Under the pieces are notes generated by a model. The model searched no databases. It was not told the origin of the DNA and saw only the letters and a list, made by a program, of their open reading frames with translations. A stretch of 64,000 nt of DNA from Paraspadella gotoi (taxonomy: Eukaryota; Animalia; Chaetognatha), in the NCBI GenBank assembly GCA_051294375.1, contig CM119264.1:16713245-16777244 (forward strand). Reading direction: 5' to 3'. This document shows, in pieces, positions 13,893-48,561 of the stretch. Position 1 is the stretch's first letter; each line of letters begins with the position of its first letter. A program made the position numbers and the translations under genes.

Positions 13893-14032
13893 TAGGGGCT
13901 ACTGACCCTCAGTGACGCCTCCAGTCACTGGCGCGGTTACCCTAGGACGGTCTCGCTTCGCCAACGCAGAGGGAAGTCGCTAAGACTGAGGATGGGGCGT
14001 TCCCCCTCTGAGCCAATGGGATTGGCTGAAAC
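13893..14032 (+). ncRNA. Candidate HDV-like self-cleaving ribozyme / structured retroelement 5' remnant
   Basis: Helices in HDV order: P2 CCTCAGT(13907-13)/ACTGAGG(13985-91), P3 GCC/GGC around TCCAGTCACT, imperfect P1 TAGGG/CCCTA, GG then a P4-like stem, J4/2 GCTAA (13979-83). L3 and P1 are non-canonical. Confidence 0.3.
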
Positions 14033-15251
14033 ATGGTGGATGTGAGGCGGTGTGAATATACCACCACACTATGCAGATTTTGAAATTTGGCAAACATGGG
14101 TTTATAAATCGGGCATTTAGGTCGTTAGTAGTAGTATTATGCATCTTTCGAATTCATACTTCAGAATAACAGTTCACTAATACAATTCTAAGCGCGTGGT
14201 GGTGCAGAAATATTTTAAGTTCGCGACTTTTTAGGCCCAATATTTGACAATAAAAAAGTAACGATTTTGGGCCTACTAGACTTTCTGTCCTTCATTACTA
14301 TTAAAAAATACAGAAGTTAAGATTTAGAGTGCTGTTACCGTGCAGAAGGTAATAACGGGTAGAAAACTTAGTCGTCTAAGTTAGACAGCTACTGGCAATT
14401 AAGATTGTAAGATTAACGGCCTTGAAAATACTGAATTTGAAAATAATTGACTTTTAATTACGTTATTAGTTATTAGTTAGATTAAAAGATTTATGAAAAC
14501 AAATGAATCAATCCATTCATGTTTTGTACGAAAGTTTTACATTAAAATATTGACGTTGATTTTTTCGGGAAAATTGTGGTTAAACGACGACGGTGACGAC
14601 AAGGATGAGAATTGTGAATGCGTCCCAGCCCATGCTGACGTTTTACGTTTCGGTTGAAAGTCGTTGCAGTCGATAAACTTTCGTTTCGTTTCATGTAACG
14701 TATTTCGCAATATGTGGTTTTTACGGCCATCTAATTTGAATATATATGGTCAAACTGAAATCGTATAACGTTGATTTCTTTTCTTGCACGGGGGCGGAAT
14801 AATCCGTCGCTAAAAAACGATATGCCCTTGAATTTGGTTGAAAATAAAATTTTAAATTGATTGTGAAGGCCCTTAACATAGACGAAAATGTTCTTGTGGG
14901 TTTGTGAAGGTTGATTCATTAAACAGGAACAATGATCCAAAATTGGTGATAAATGTAGTCGATATAGTAGATAAACAGTAGCTAAGGAAATTATCAGAAG
15001 CCCTCCAGGCATGCGTAATAAATTTTTGACCTTTATAGAGCAACAATTTGAGTTTCACTTTTCAGGAATCATAACTTGTGATTCGTAAGTCATAGTATGT
15101 AAGAAATTGGAGTGATTTCTCTTTAATACGAATTTATTCTAAAAATCCCAATAAAGAAAGAACTAAAGGTATTTCTTGTAAGTCACTGAAAAAAAAAAGG
15201 CTTCGCTATGAGTATGATAATAATTTAAAGATTTTCCATTTTTTTTTTGTT

Positions 15252-15394
15252 TTAAAATTGTTCGTCCTTGGGAGGATTATCGACGTCGGTGGCGAGACTG
15301 ACGGAGTTGCGCGCCGACGCGATCGCAGGAAGTGGATCGTCGTAGTTGACGGATTGCGAAAAAAACGATACCTTCGACAGTCGACTATAGCGCC
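15252..15394 (-). CDS. Possible terminal exon of an unidentified gene
   Basis: Acceptor ttttttcgctcag-like (tttttcgctcag), CpG-rich composition like verified exons, frame RYSRLSKVSFFSQSVNYDDPLPAIASARNSVSLATDVDNPPKDEQF*; no recognisable domain and frame ambiguous. Confidence 0.3.
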
Positions 15395-15549
15395 TGAGCG
15401 AAAAATAAGGTTGCAGATGCAGCCACTGCAGCACTGGTCCATTACGAAAGGTAACTCTAGTGACATTAGCAATTAATTTTTTTTTCAATAAGTTTAAATA
15501 TTTTTTTCAAATCTGAAAGTTAAAAAGATTCCACATTAACTTGGTCATT

Positions 15550-15870
15550 TTTAATGGCGCCGCGAGTACTCGCGGAGCAACTCTATAAGTCACTTTTCGG
15601 TCGGTCGGTCGGTCCGTCGATATTTGTTATTTGCTCATTTGTTAAGATTGAAAAAAACCTGAAATCTAAGGGACTGATAGCGCCGCCTTGGAATTCCTAA
15701 AACTATAAGGAATAAAAGACGGAATTTTGATTCAGTGCATGTTATAAATACATGAGCAAAAAAAGTTTTTTAGTCATGTCATGTCATATCATATCATATG
15801 ATCAAAAAGAAATACACATGAAAATAAAGTCACTGCGGCGCAATACATTGGAATTACCGTTCTTGTTTTT
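15550..15870 (+). mobile_element. DINE-1/HINE-like non-autonomous interspersed element
   Basis: 5' palindrome CCGCGAGTACTCGCGG, then AACTCTATAAGTCACTTTT, a (GGTC)n microsatellite and a conserved 3' block ...AAAGTCACTGCGGCGCAATACATTGGAATTACCGTTCTTGTTTT; same layout reversed at 35557-35852, fragments near 12330, 22425-22790, 25380, 33980 and 36300. Helitron-family assignment is inferred from architecture only. Confidence 0.6.
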
Positions 15871-16607
15871 AATTTATAAGGTTTTAGGGCAAATACTATG
15901 TAGATTCTCGCCAATTCTTGTTACAACTTATTAAAAATTATATGAAAAATTATTATTTCAAAAAAAATGTTACCTTCGAGAGAGGGAATTTTGTCTCATG
16001 ATTTGCGATACTTCGGGAGGTATGAGTGCGACAGGATTAATGGGCCTTTGGGAAGAGTGAGGAATGGCTGTAAAGGGAAGTGTAAAAATTTAATCAGTTA
16101 ATATGATCAATATATATTTTCACTATATTTGGCAGAACGTTGGAAATGAAGCTTACTCAGGGCCAGCAACATTTGGAAAATGATTTTTGTGATTATTGTG
16201 ATTATCTATCATACTTGCCTCCTTTGGAATAGACCGAAATACTGTGTCGTGAATCTAACGGACTTTGACCGTGGTTTCGGAGACCCACGGTCGAACCTAC
16301 GAAAGTAAAAATTTCAAACTTTTTTATGTAAATAGATTCAGTTAGCCTTATACCAAACTATATTGTATATGTCTATGATATACATTTTGTTTTGCAAGAA
16401 AAAACAACGCTCAGCATGTACGGCATTGCAACAATGAAGATGAAGGGTACAGGGACAAGATAGCTTATTTATTAAATGAATGGATAATTTTTATATTGGT
16501 TGTACCAATTTCATATATCTCTCCCATAGTTTCTGTGAAAACTGTAAGTTACATGAGATGCCTATTGCCTAACTAAAACTCACACGTAACGGGTTACGTT
16601 AACCCAG

Positions 16608-17120
16608 TTAACAGGAATAAGGATTCACAAGAGCAGACATGCGTAATTTCTCACCCCTGGCGTTTCCGACGCCGTCCCTATTCGGCTGTAACGTCGTGCA
16701 CGCTTCCGCCGCCGCCGCCGCCGCCGCCGCCGCCGAATTCATTTCTGGCTCGGAGTAGCCAACCGGCGTGGCCGTACCCGAAGGGCAGCTGTGCGTCGGC
16801 GAAATCGCAGTGGCGTCGAAATCACGGCTTGCCGACGCCGTTAATTCCGGCTTCGGCGCTGGAGGAAGTTTGATCGAGGGCAGAGAGAGGTTAAAGGTGT
16901 TAGTGGAGGCTAGGGTGTTAATGTCTCCGACGGGAAAGCAGGGCGGTTCGGGCGGGCAATCCTCTGCGGGTTGCGGGGCCGGGTAGGGGTGGGGAAGTTG
17001 GACTGGGCAAGGGTGGGGAACTGGGGCCGGATAGGGATGAGCCTTGGTCCGACGCCGGGTCGGGGGGGCGGGCTGAGGGGTTTTGCTCCACTTCCTCGGC
17101 GGAGACGACGACAGGGAATG
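16608..17120 (-). CDS. Probable coding exon, Pro/Ala-rich low-complexity protein of unknown function
   Basis: GC-rich island within a 230-codon open frame; HPYPAP/HPCPVQ repeats, poly-Ala from (GCG)n; possible donor AGGG|gtgag near 16655. No start codon or domain recognised; boundaries approximate. Confidence 0.45.
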   Translation of the reverse strand, partial: HSLSSSPPRKWSKTPQPAPPTRRRTKAHPYPAPVPHPCPVQLPHPYPAPQPAEDCPPEPPCFPVGDINTLASTNTFNLSLPSIKLPPAPKPELTASASRDFDATAISPTHSCPSGTATPVGYSEPEMNSAAAAAAAAAEACTTLQPNRDGVGNARGEKLRMSALVNPYSC

Positions 17121-18695
17121 GGGAAAGTAATAGACGACGGAGTGGCTTCTCGCGTAAGGCGAGGACCGGGGTTTGTGGGGAAATCTGTGGGGAACTGGGT
17201 AGCGTATTGTGGTGTTTTTTTTTTTAAATAAAAACAAGAGTAGTTGTAGAAGCGGAGTGAGTGGAAAGGAGGCGATTGTTAGTTCAGAATGGAGAACCAA
17301 ACGGAAAGGGAAATTTAACGAAAAAAAGGCAAAAAAAAGAGGGAGGCGCAGGAGAGGGGCGAAGATGTGAAAAATGAAAGTAGATTATTACTAAGGTGAC
17401 TTAGTCATGGTTTTGTACCAGTGTCGTCATTTATTAATTTAAGAGGCTTAAAAAAAGGAGAAAAAAATTTTAAATGCTTTATATTAAAAGTTGATTAAAT
17501 TCTTAGGAGTGGAATGTCGAGCGTTACATTTAATTCGCCCCATACTGCAATATCCAAATGAATTTAGATTCTGTAATATATGGGGCATAATGCCCTGAGG
17601 CCAAAATTCGGAGAAATTATATTAAAAGAAATCTTACTTTATACTAGTAACCGAGTATAATATGCTGTATAAATTACATAGATCGATGATTTATAAGTCA
17701 GGGACCTAATCTCGGTAATTGTATGGTACTTCAAGTTACTGCAGCATACTGCAGCTTCAATTTTCTTTTAAGGTATAAAGTACGAAATGAATTATATTGT
17801 GTGCTATACAGTTTTGGCTTATGCTAGAAATTATCTAATTGATTACAAAAGTTACAGAGGTTGCTGATATAATTTTTAATTTTTTAAAATTTAATTTTGT
17901 TGAATGAAAATAAAGCTCCTGATCTCTCCCTTTTATGAATAATATAGTATATTGGTTGTACCAATTTTCCCTTACAAATGCTTAGATGAAGTGCCATCCA
18001 GAATATTTTTTTATTATCACAAATGTTAGTGAATGCTGCAGTATTAATTTGTTTATGCTCTAAAAATTTGTAGTAATGATTTTTTTCATTAATACTATGG
18101 TACTTAGAATAACGTCAGGTCTCTGATTGTTTTTACTTTTTTTTTTTTTTTATTTTTTTTTAGGTTGATTATTGTTACTTTTGCAGGAGTGAAAATATTT
18201 ATATAGTTGATTTTTAATTATTTCGGCTCCAGGTTTTCGGTTGCTTCGACATAGCTAAATACAAAACTAAATACAATCCAAAAGATAGAAAAAGCCTTAA
18301 AGATTCTTCTGCCATAAAAAATAAAACAATTTTGTAAAACAATTGTGCGTGTGGGAGAAGCAATTAGGGGGGTAAGACTCAAGTCCGAACTCTGTACTTA
18401 CTGTACTATGGTTTTCAAAAAAATTGTATAATAGTATAGTAGTGCTAACGATAAGATTAGATAAGATAAGTTCTCTGAGTCTATTACACATCTGCTTCTA
18501 AGAGTGAAGAGAAATACATAAAGCAAAGAAACAATCGAATGGAACGCCATGTAATAAATTTCCCTTTTACCTTTAAATTTAATCGGGATTTTTTTCCCCT
18601 CGTTTTTTGCATTCTGTTGTCTCTCAACTCAAGGTGTTATTTTCGACTCAGTCAATCAGAGAAGCGACGAGGAAGTTGCCAAAAAATCACCTTTT

Positions 18696-18814
<119 letters not shown>

Positions 18815-19300
18815 ACCAAAATTACAAAGTGGAGAAAAACAGGATGAAATATCGACAGGAAGTTACGACGGCAGTGACGTCGACGGTAATGACGACTACA
18901 ACGACGACGAAGACAAAACAACAACCGAGTAAGAAACAGCGAACGTGACGGAAAAAAATTTACCTCCACTTTGCTTTTCGTCGATAGTTTTTGTTTATCA
19001 CAAAATATAAACAAAAGCTTGGCGAACGTCAAGCAACACTAGATGATGGCTCCTGAAAACAAATTATTCCTTTCGAAATAATTCTCGTAAGTTTGACTTT
19101 CTTCATTTAAAACTTTTGTGTGGTAAAACTAAAAAAAAATAATGATTCAAATATGCTGACGCCCGACTGGCCAAGTAATTTCTGGACGTGAAAACTAAAA
19201 ACATCTGCTCTCTGAAAAAAATTTGACTTCGCTTTTTCCATTTGGATTTTTCCCTCGTTGGTTTCGTCAGGTTTTTTACCCGTCTTTCTAAACATCGGCG

Positions 19301-19695
19301 ATGCCCTCGGAGACCTGCCGACTCCGCGCCTGCTTCTGCCTGGCGCAGGTGGCGGCGGCGGCGGCGCTGGCTTTGGCGACGACGTGGTTCGTTGTCTTCC
19401 AGGGAGGCTTCGACTGGAATCGCGATCCCAAGACGCTCTTCAACTATCACCCGCTCTTCCTCACACTGGGCCTCGTCGTATTGGCGGGTAAGGATTGCGA
19501 ATAACGGTTAGAGTAAGTACCCGACATACGGCGCGGAGAGATGGATGGAATCAAAATAAAAAAATGTTAGTTTTCCGACGGAGGACGATCGTCCCTAGGG
19601 GGTCGAAGTCGGGGTCGGGGTCGGGAAAGGATTTGACGAAACTGTTGAAGGAATTTCGAGACTTCGCTTTTTCTCGTTCGGATTTTTTTCTCTGG

Positions 19696-19773
<78 letters not shown>

Positions 19774-21709
19774 CTCTCGACAGGCGACATCGCGCGAGGA
19801 AAAGAATATAGGAGAAGTTGTCGATTTCTCGAGGGTGAAAAAACGAGAAGTCTCTTTCTACTTCGCGTAAAAAAGAGGAAATGTTCGGTTTCGAAAAGAA
19901 AAAGTGGGAGGGGGTTAAGGATGTACTTGGCCGGGCGAACGTCAGGTGGGTTCGCTTCTCCCTCCCAACAAAAAAAAAAAAAAAATCCCGTCGCAGTTAT
20001 ATTTTCGATTTCGTTTTGGATGTCGTCGTAGATCGTCATTGATCGCATCAACAGAAGGAAATTCCCGCTGGAAATTGAGGACAGAGGAGAGGAAGGAGAG
20101 GAGAGGAGAGAAGAGAAGAGAAGAGGAGAGGAGAGGAGAGAGAGGGCTAGTGTATATCATGCGCGAGAAGAAGCAAATTTTCATTCACATCCGTCTCTCT
20201 TTGCTTAGCTGCTAGACTACCCTCTCAGTCTCTAGGCTGCATCTCGATCGTACCTCTAACTACTCATGCAGTGTATCTGCGTATGAGCGCTCTGTAGGGA
20301 GAGTAGACGATGTTGTACCTTTGAGGAGATGGCAGTGAGGACCTTATGTCAGATTGAGGTTGCAAGTATGAGAAGGAAGAATCGAGAATGAGTTATCTTT
20401 TGAGCATATGAGTCTTTTAACGAGGATGTGGGAGAGGAGAGCGAGAGGATGAGGAGAGGAGAGGAGAGAGTGAACTAGTTATCGAGTAAGAGAAGAGAAG
20501 AGAAGAGAAGAGACAATTTGAGAAGAGAAGCAGATGAGCTGGAGAGAGGACCATAGAGACGGACAAATTTTAAAAAAGTTTTTTTATTCGTTTTATCGTC
20601 CATGTGTCCGCTAGGTCATCGATTTTCGCATTTAAAAAAATGTACTATCAGCGATAGTGTGTTAAAGACATATATTGTTAACGAGATGGATAAGGTCAGC
20701 GATAGACGGAAAAGCTTACGAGAATGCGAAGCAAATGCGAACAGAGGAAAGAAAGAGAGTGAAGCAAGCGACAGACGGGAAAAAAGATTACAGAAGGAGC
20801 TGAAGCGACAAGGGAAAAGAAAAGAGTAGGAAAGCAAGCGACAGACGGAAAAAGAAAGAGAGAAAGCAAGCGACAGACGGAAAAGAATAATAAGAGAGTG
20901 AAGGCAATCGACAGACCGATAAAGACTAAGGAGCGAAGCAAGAGACATGATGGAAAAGTAAGAGAGGAAGCAACGCGACAGACGGAAAAATGAAGGTGAC
21001 TTGTTAACCATTATGTTACTCTAGTAATCGGAAATATTAAAATTCTAGTATATGTCTTCTGTCTGTTTTTCTATTCATGAGTTCTGATTATTCTGCTCAT
21101 TCATTTTTACTTTCATAGTGTGCAATACGCTCCTTCCTCTCCCTCTTCCTTCATCTGTTCTTCGCTTCCTTTGCCTTTACTTTCTTCATGTCAACATCCT
21201 CGTACAACATCTCAATCCCTCACTGCGTAAAACATGTTCTGTAGGAGCAAGCGAACGTCTAAAAGCAGGCTCCTCTTCTCTTGCATTTTTCCAGTGGGAT
21301 TTGGTTTTCTTGTTGCTGCGAACAACAACGATCCTCTATAGACAATATCGAAAGCAATATGGAAAACAAAACTAGGACTCTCTTTCTTTCCTGTCCTTGC
21401 TTCCTCTTCGCTACTTCCTCTTCTCTCCGTCTCCCTCTCTCTCTCCGTCCAATCTGCTGTGGTCGGGATTGGAGAAGAGGAAGGAAAGAAAGGAAGAAAG
21501 AAAGAAAGAAAGAAAGAAAAATTGAATGAAAGTAAAAATGAATGCAAGAAATAGAGGAAAGGAAAAGAAATAAAATAAAAAGAAAAGAAAAAGAATAGAA
21601 ACAGAGAAAAAAATGAATAAAAGAAAAGAAAAGAAAAGAAAAGAAAAGAAAAGAAAAGAAAAGAAAAGAAAAGAAAAGAAAAGAAAAGAAAAGAAAAGAT
21701 ATTCAAGAG

Positions 21710-21760
<51 letters not shown>

Positions 21761-23540
21761 CGGATGTGATGAAAATTTCTTCCCCATCGTCATGAAAAAG
21801 CCTCTCCAAGTTTCATTGAGAAAAATCGTCGTCGCTTTTACGGACTTGGAAGGAGGCAAATGAGAGGAGAAAGAAAACAGAGAGAGAGAGAGAGACAAAA
21901 GAGAGAGACAAAATGTTGTCGTCTAGGTTTTAAGAGGAAAACGGAATGTCTAGCAACCAGTAATTTGAGACTTTTCTTAGATTTACTTTTGCTTTTGGCG
22001 AAAAAGGAAAGGAGGCCCATCTCGCACTAAAATGTGCTCATGAGGTGCACAAAGAAGTTGAATGGTGTATCAGAATCTCATCGCCCCCGCCTCCGTCCAG
22101 GTGAATCGCTCCTCGTCTACCGCCTTCCTCCAACGACGACGCCGAAGATGCGTCTCAAGATCCTCCACGCTTTCGTCCACTTGGCCGCCGTCATTCTTGG
22201 CGCCGTCGGGGTCAAAGCCGCGTGGGACTCGAAGGAGCGCCGATCCACGCCGCTCCCTCACGGCTACAGCCTCCACTCGTGGATCGGGCTCGCAGCCTTG
22301 AGCGGGTTCGTCGCTCAGTGGGTCGTCGGCGCCGTCGTCTTCCTCATTCCCAAGTCTCCGGGATGGGCGAGGGTGAGATGGATTTTTTTGGTTTCAGTAG
22401 TTGAATGCTATTTTATCGTTTTTGTTGCACCGCGAGTACTCAGTTTTGGGTCGGTTGGTCGGTCTGTCCGTCTATCTATTGGTCTATCCAACTTGAATAA
22501 TAAAAGTTTATAACTCAGTAAAGATAGCATTGTTTTAGTGAATAGTTGGTAGTATTATACCAAAACATATATATGTTTTATATTTATACAAAATGCAGTT
22601 ATGCCATTACCTAAAAATACGATCTTATTACATGTAGAATTTTTTTATTTTAGTTAATATAGTACACAGTACAGATAAATTATTGACCATAAGTTGTTAA
22701 TTATGCGTGTTTTATAATTGTATAGTCAGGTAATAATCTGATAATGCGAGCATACAAGAAAGTCACTGCGTCGCAATATCCGTTCATTGCATTTTTTGTT
22801 TATTTGCAAAGTTAATTTTATTGGTTTTGTTATTCTGTTTGTGTAATAATAATACTTTTAAACTACGATATACTCACTTAGTCACTAGAACCTAATTTGG
22901 AATGTTATTAACAATATTTTATAATAATGTTTTCGTATTTAAAATGAATTCAAATTTCTTTGCATTAGCTCCATCGTTAAAACAGCTTCTAATCTAGGAC
23001 CGAAATATCCTTTATTCTGTGTTTTTTTTTTTTTTACATTTTTTAACATTTTCTCAGGCTAATTACAAACCGCTGCACGTTTTCTGGGGCGCGGCGCTGT
23101 TTGTCATGGGCGTCGCGGCGTCGCTGACAGGAATCGTGGAAAAATCTGTAGCCGGCCTCGGCCGCGACTACTCCCGACTCCCGGCCGAAGCCATCGTCGT
23201 CAATGCCTTCGGCGTCGTCGTCGTCATCTTCGCCGTCGTCGTTCTGGTCGTCGTCGTCGAACCAAAATGGCGCCGCAGGGAGGAACCCGCGGCGCGAAAT
23301 TTGGTCGGCGACGAAGACGACGACGACCACCAAGCCGGATACGGCGCCGCCGTCGAAGAAACCTCGGAGCGGCGACGACATCGACGACGACGTCGGGACG
23401 AGGACGCCATCGTCATGGAAACGAGGGACGTCGGAAGGAAAGGGAGGAAGAAGAAAAGGGAGGAAGGAGAGGAAGAGGAAGGGATGACGGTGAAGGAGGC
23501 GGAAATCGGGGTCAGAACCGGAAGGTGGAGACTCGAGTGA
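19301..23540 (+). CDS. Cytochrome b561 family transmembrane ascorbate-dependent reductase (CYB561/Dcytb/CYB561A3-like); exons 19301-19487, 22101-22372, 23058-23540
   Basis: GT-AG junctions with matching phases (GCGG|gtaag...ccag|GT; AGG|gtgag...ctcag|GCT). Protein has FNYHPLF, ESLLVYR, KILHAFVH, YSLHSWIG and YKPLHVFWG, i.e. the four heme-ligand His and family motifs, six hydrophobic helices and a charged C-terminal tail. Confidence 0.93.
20695..20992. repeat. Imperfect minisatellite, core GAAAGCAAGCGACAGACGGAAAAAG, about 6 copies, in cytochrome b561 intron 1
   Basis: Core visible near 20697, 20761, 20830, 20862, 20900 and 20967. Confidence 0.75.
21618..21698. repeat. (AAAAG)n pentanucleotide microsatellite
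   Basis: Directly visible run. Confidence 0.92.
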
Positions 23541-23714
23541 ATAGAAAATATAGTAAATATTGAAAATAATCTAAAATATCTATAATCTTGAGGTGATTAA
23601 ATTAATTCTACGACGAGTCTGTGGGCGTTTTGTTATCTGGACTATTTTTTTTAGTTTTGTTTGTTCCTTTCCGTTAGTCGACAGAGAAAAAAACTCATTA
23701 GAGAGAGAGAGAGA

Positions 23715-23752
<38 letters not shown>

Positions 23753-25129
23753 GGTGACTTCTGTTGCGATTTTTACGATATCGTTGGTGGAGGATTTTAC
23801 TGGAATTAATTTCCTGGAGGTTTTTTCCGCCTAGTTAGGTAAAAATAAATTCAAAAAGTGAGACAGAGTAAGAAAGAGAAAGAGCAATGAAGAGAGAGAG
23901 AGAGTGAAAAGGGAATTAGCAATCTGCTGATTTGCTTTTTGTACTTAACGAAATTATGTCTTTTGTCCTGGTACAACTAAATTGATTTCTGGTTTTAAAT
24001 TTTAAACTTCACGCAAAATTAATAAAAAAAAAACTAATTTCTATTTGAACTTTTTAAAACGGATTCTGATAAAGATTAATAACTTAGATAAAGGTTAGTA
24101 TCACATTTTTTGTTAATTTTAATTATAAATGGGACAACAAATTTATAAAAATTTAAATATTACCCTCATAATTCAATAAATTTAATAGTTTATCAAGAAT
24201 TATAAATTTAATAGTTTACCAAGAATTGTTACCAAGAAATTATTAAAATTGTAAAAAGTTTTAAAATTAACCTTTATCTAACTTTTTAAGATCTATCAGG
24301 ACCTATTAACAAAAATTTGTAAAATTCATAAAATTTTGTTTAATATTATATAACTATTTAAGAGAAATATTAAAATAATTATAATTTAAAATTTTAATAA
24401 TATATATACGGGACTTCTGCTAGTTTGTAACCTGTTCCATCTTAATGCACACTGGAACAATTAAAAAAAATTGCGGTTTATTTAGGAAGGGCAAAAAGAA
24501 CAAGGACAGAGAACAAACAAGGAAAGAAAGAAAAGAAATTGAAAGATAGAGAAGGAGAGGCAGAAGGAAAGAGAGAGAGAGGTTGGTCGTTAAAGGAGCG
24601 AGAGCCTTCTCTTTATTCTCACCCGATGACCTTGGTGATTTTTTCCTATCGCCATTTAAGCGCTATTTTCCTTTTTTTCTTTGCACTCCCATGCCCCTAA
24701 CCCGCCTCACCCCACTACTCAGACCGCCTCTACTTGGATGACCTCGAAGGGCGCGACGCGGACAGGCGCCGGCGCCGCTCAACTCACGCCACTTTTTTTC
24801 TCGACTGATCTCTTGATCGCCGTGAATGATTTGTTGATTTGTTGATTTGCCAAGAATGGATCGGATTCGATCCAAAAACTGTAATGAAATATATATAAGG
24901 TTTTTAAGAATCAAAAATAGGTCTAAAACGAAAGAAAGTAGACTAAAATACTTTCAATGTTCTTATTCAATTTTTTTCATCAAGGCAGCGTGGAGAATGA
25001 ATAACAAAGACAGGTACGGAAATCATTAGTGAGCTCAGAAGCTTTCGCCTCATAGCACGGAATCACCTCGCCTGTTGAATAACGCTCTGCCTCGGCAGTA
25101 AAAACTCGCTGCTTAACGGACATTAGACT

Positions 25130-25188
<59 letters not shown>

Positions 25189-26150
25189 AAATAATCGGGA
25201 GACTGCTGAAGTTTTTCTCGAAATGAGACTAGGAAGGAGAAAGAAGTTGAAAGGTCAGCCGGATCTTGGGGAAATTTCTTTCTTCCGGAATCTCCTCGCC
25301 TTGGATGGCACCCCTGCGCGGTTTGGTAGACGAGTTGGTGATTGGTGAAATTTCGTTGCGTAGTGACACCAAATTAAACAAAAAACGGTAATTCCAATGT
25401 GTTGCGCCGTATTGACTTTATTCCGTATACGCTTTTCCATATAGTGAAGACCGGGTTTATTCAAAATAAAACTAATTTCAAATTTTTTTTTAATAAATAA
25501 AAATTAAATGAATACGTAGTTATACAAATATAAAAATAAGCATAAACAGTATCTTATAGTTTATTACTGCACAGATATGAAACAAACACATCAAACATAT
25601 CATAGTATAATATAACCTTTCGAATAAGTATAATGAGCAGAAGTAGAAAAGTTAATAGCAGACAAAACGTCAGACCGACCGCAATATAGTGAATGAATCT
25701 TAATGTTTAAAAATTTTCTCTGAATGCGAAACAATGATTGGATGTTGAAACCTCAGGCTCAAAGTCACTGTTCGTCGTCGTTATTCTTCCATCCGGGAGA
25801 TAATCCCTCTTTCTCCCTTTGTTTCCGCTACTAAAAACCCTCCAACTTTGCTCTTGTTTTCGTTAATGTTTTCTCGGGCCAGTTTATCGGTTTCCCTATT
25901 CAAAACGACGGTTAATTCTTTTGTTTTGTTTTACGTTTGGAGACGAATAAATCGGTCAGTGGTCGAGAAATTCGATTTTTTTTTCCCGAACTGAACCACG
26001 AACCCCCCCCCCCTTCTGAGGTCGATTTGCCTTCAGCGTCTTGAATTCGAGTCAGACGTCATCGCCGAATATGAAATCGAGAATCTCCCGAGATTTTTCT
26101 TTCCTCCCTCGAATCCGACGAAGGGTGAGAAAGGAAAGATGAAACTTTTT

Positions 26151-26182
<32 letters not shown>

Positions 26183-26808
26183 TTATTATTTTTTTTAATT
26201 AAGTCTTTATTCAATGGAGGTACTACTTGCGAACAAGGTTTGTTTTAAATGCCAAACTTGTAATGTATAAGAGATATTGTACGTTTTTGCATCGGATTTT
26301 TATTGTCACATGTCGCTAACCTGAATTAACTTCCCTTCCTCCGCCCCTCCTCTTTACCCGGATCCCGTAAAAAGGATTTGTTAATGGTTTTAACCAAGGA
26401 CGACGACGACGACGACGACGACGACGAATCACGAATGGCAAGGACGCGACGCTGAGTTGAACAATCAACGCCAAACTTGCCCTCCCCCCCCAAAAAAAAG
26501 GGATGAAACCCAACCATTGAGTGGACGTGAAAACTGAAGTAAAAAATACTCCTTTTATAATAATTAATTTTAAATTTAGCCTTAAAAAGGTTAAAAAACA
26601 AAACGACCTTTGTCATTGACTTTTTTCAAATATTTACTTTTTTTTTTTAAAGTCGGGTTCTAAACTTAATTAAAACATAAAATAACATTCTAAAAAAAAA
26701 TTTCTGTGTCGCTATTCTACGTAAGGAGAGCAAAAGGCGATTGGTAAATGGTAATTGGTAAATGGTATCCAGATGTCTTTATAAAAAGTTAGTGTTAAAA
26801 AAAAAAGA

Positions 26809-47895
<21,087 letters not shown>

Positions 47896-48530
47896 AGAAT
47901 CTAGAGGCAAAATTGATAAATCGATCATTGGATTTGTTCAAGGAATGTTTAATTGTTATTCCTCCGACTCACAAACACATATTATTTATTAAATTCTATA
48001 AGTATTTAGCATAGATTGAGCTATAATTTGACCACCGGTACTGATCCCTACTCTTCCACTAAAAAAGGAACAAAAATATTTACATTGAATCTCAATTAAA
48101 TAATTTTGATAGGACAAGAAGAAGAAGAAAAAGAAGAAAAAGAACAGAGAAAAAGAAAAAGAAAAAGAAAAAAGAAAAGAAAAAGAAAAGAAGAGAAGAA
48201 GAAACGCCGACGGCAACGGCGAAAATAGGTTGTAGGTTCGAAAAGAGAGTTCCGACTCAATTATCGGAGGAACTCCTCCGTCAATATTTTATGATCTACA
48301 GTAAACCTTCATCCTTTATGCATCCAAAACTCGAAGGAAGATCCGAGTTTTTTATGCCGAAGATTAGAGCTTCGCAGCCAAAACGGTGATGCGAGCGAGG
48401 AGCACGCATTGCGCATTGCGCACTTGAGAAAAATTTTATGACAAAAATGGTCTTTAAAAACAGATAGATAGATAGATCGATAGATAGATAGATACATAAA
48501 AAGAGAAAGAGAGAGTGTGCTGACCCTTAC

Positions 48531-48561
48531 CCCTGACGGCGCGTTGCACAATGTCGGCCAT
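48531..48561 (-). CDS. Candidate alternative first coding exon of the Kv3 gene (MADIVQRAVR-G)
   Basis: ATG at 48561 and strong phase-1 donor AGGG|gtaagg, compatible with the phase-1 acceptor of the T1 exon at 47291. Confidence 0.4.

Noticed and set aside
20200-20560. Compositionally odd purine-rich stretch in the cytochrome b561 intron
   Set aside because: Looks like a degraded or low-quality rendering of AG-rich repeat; no ORF or structure.
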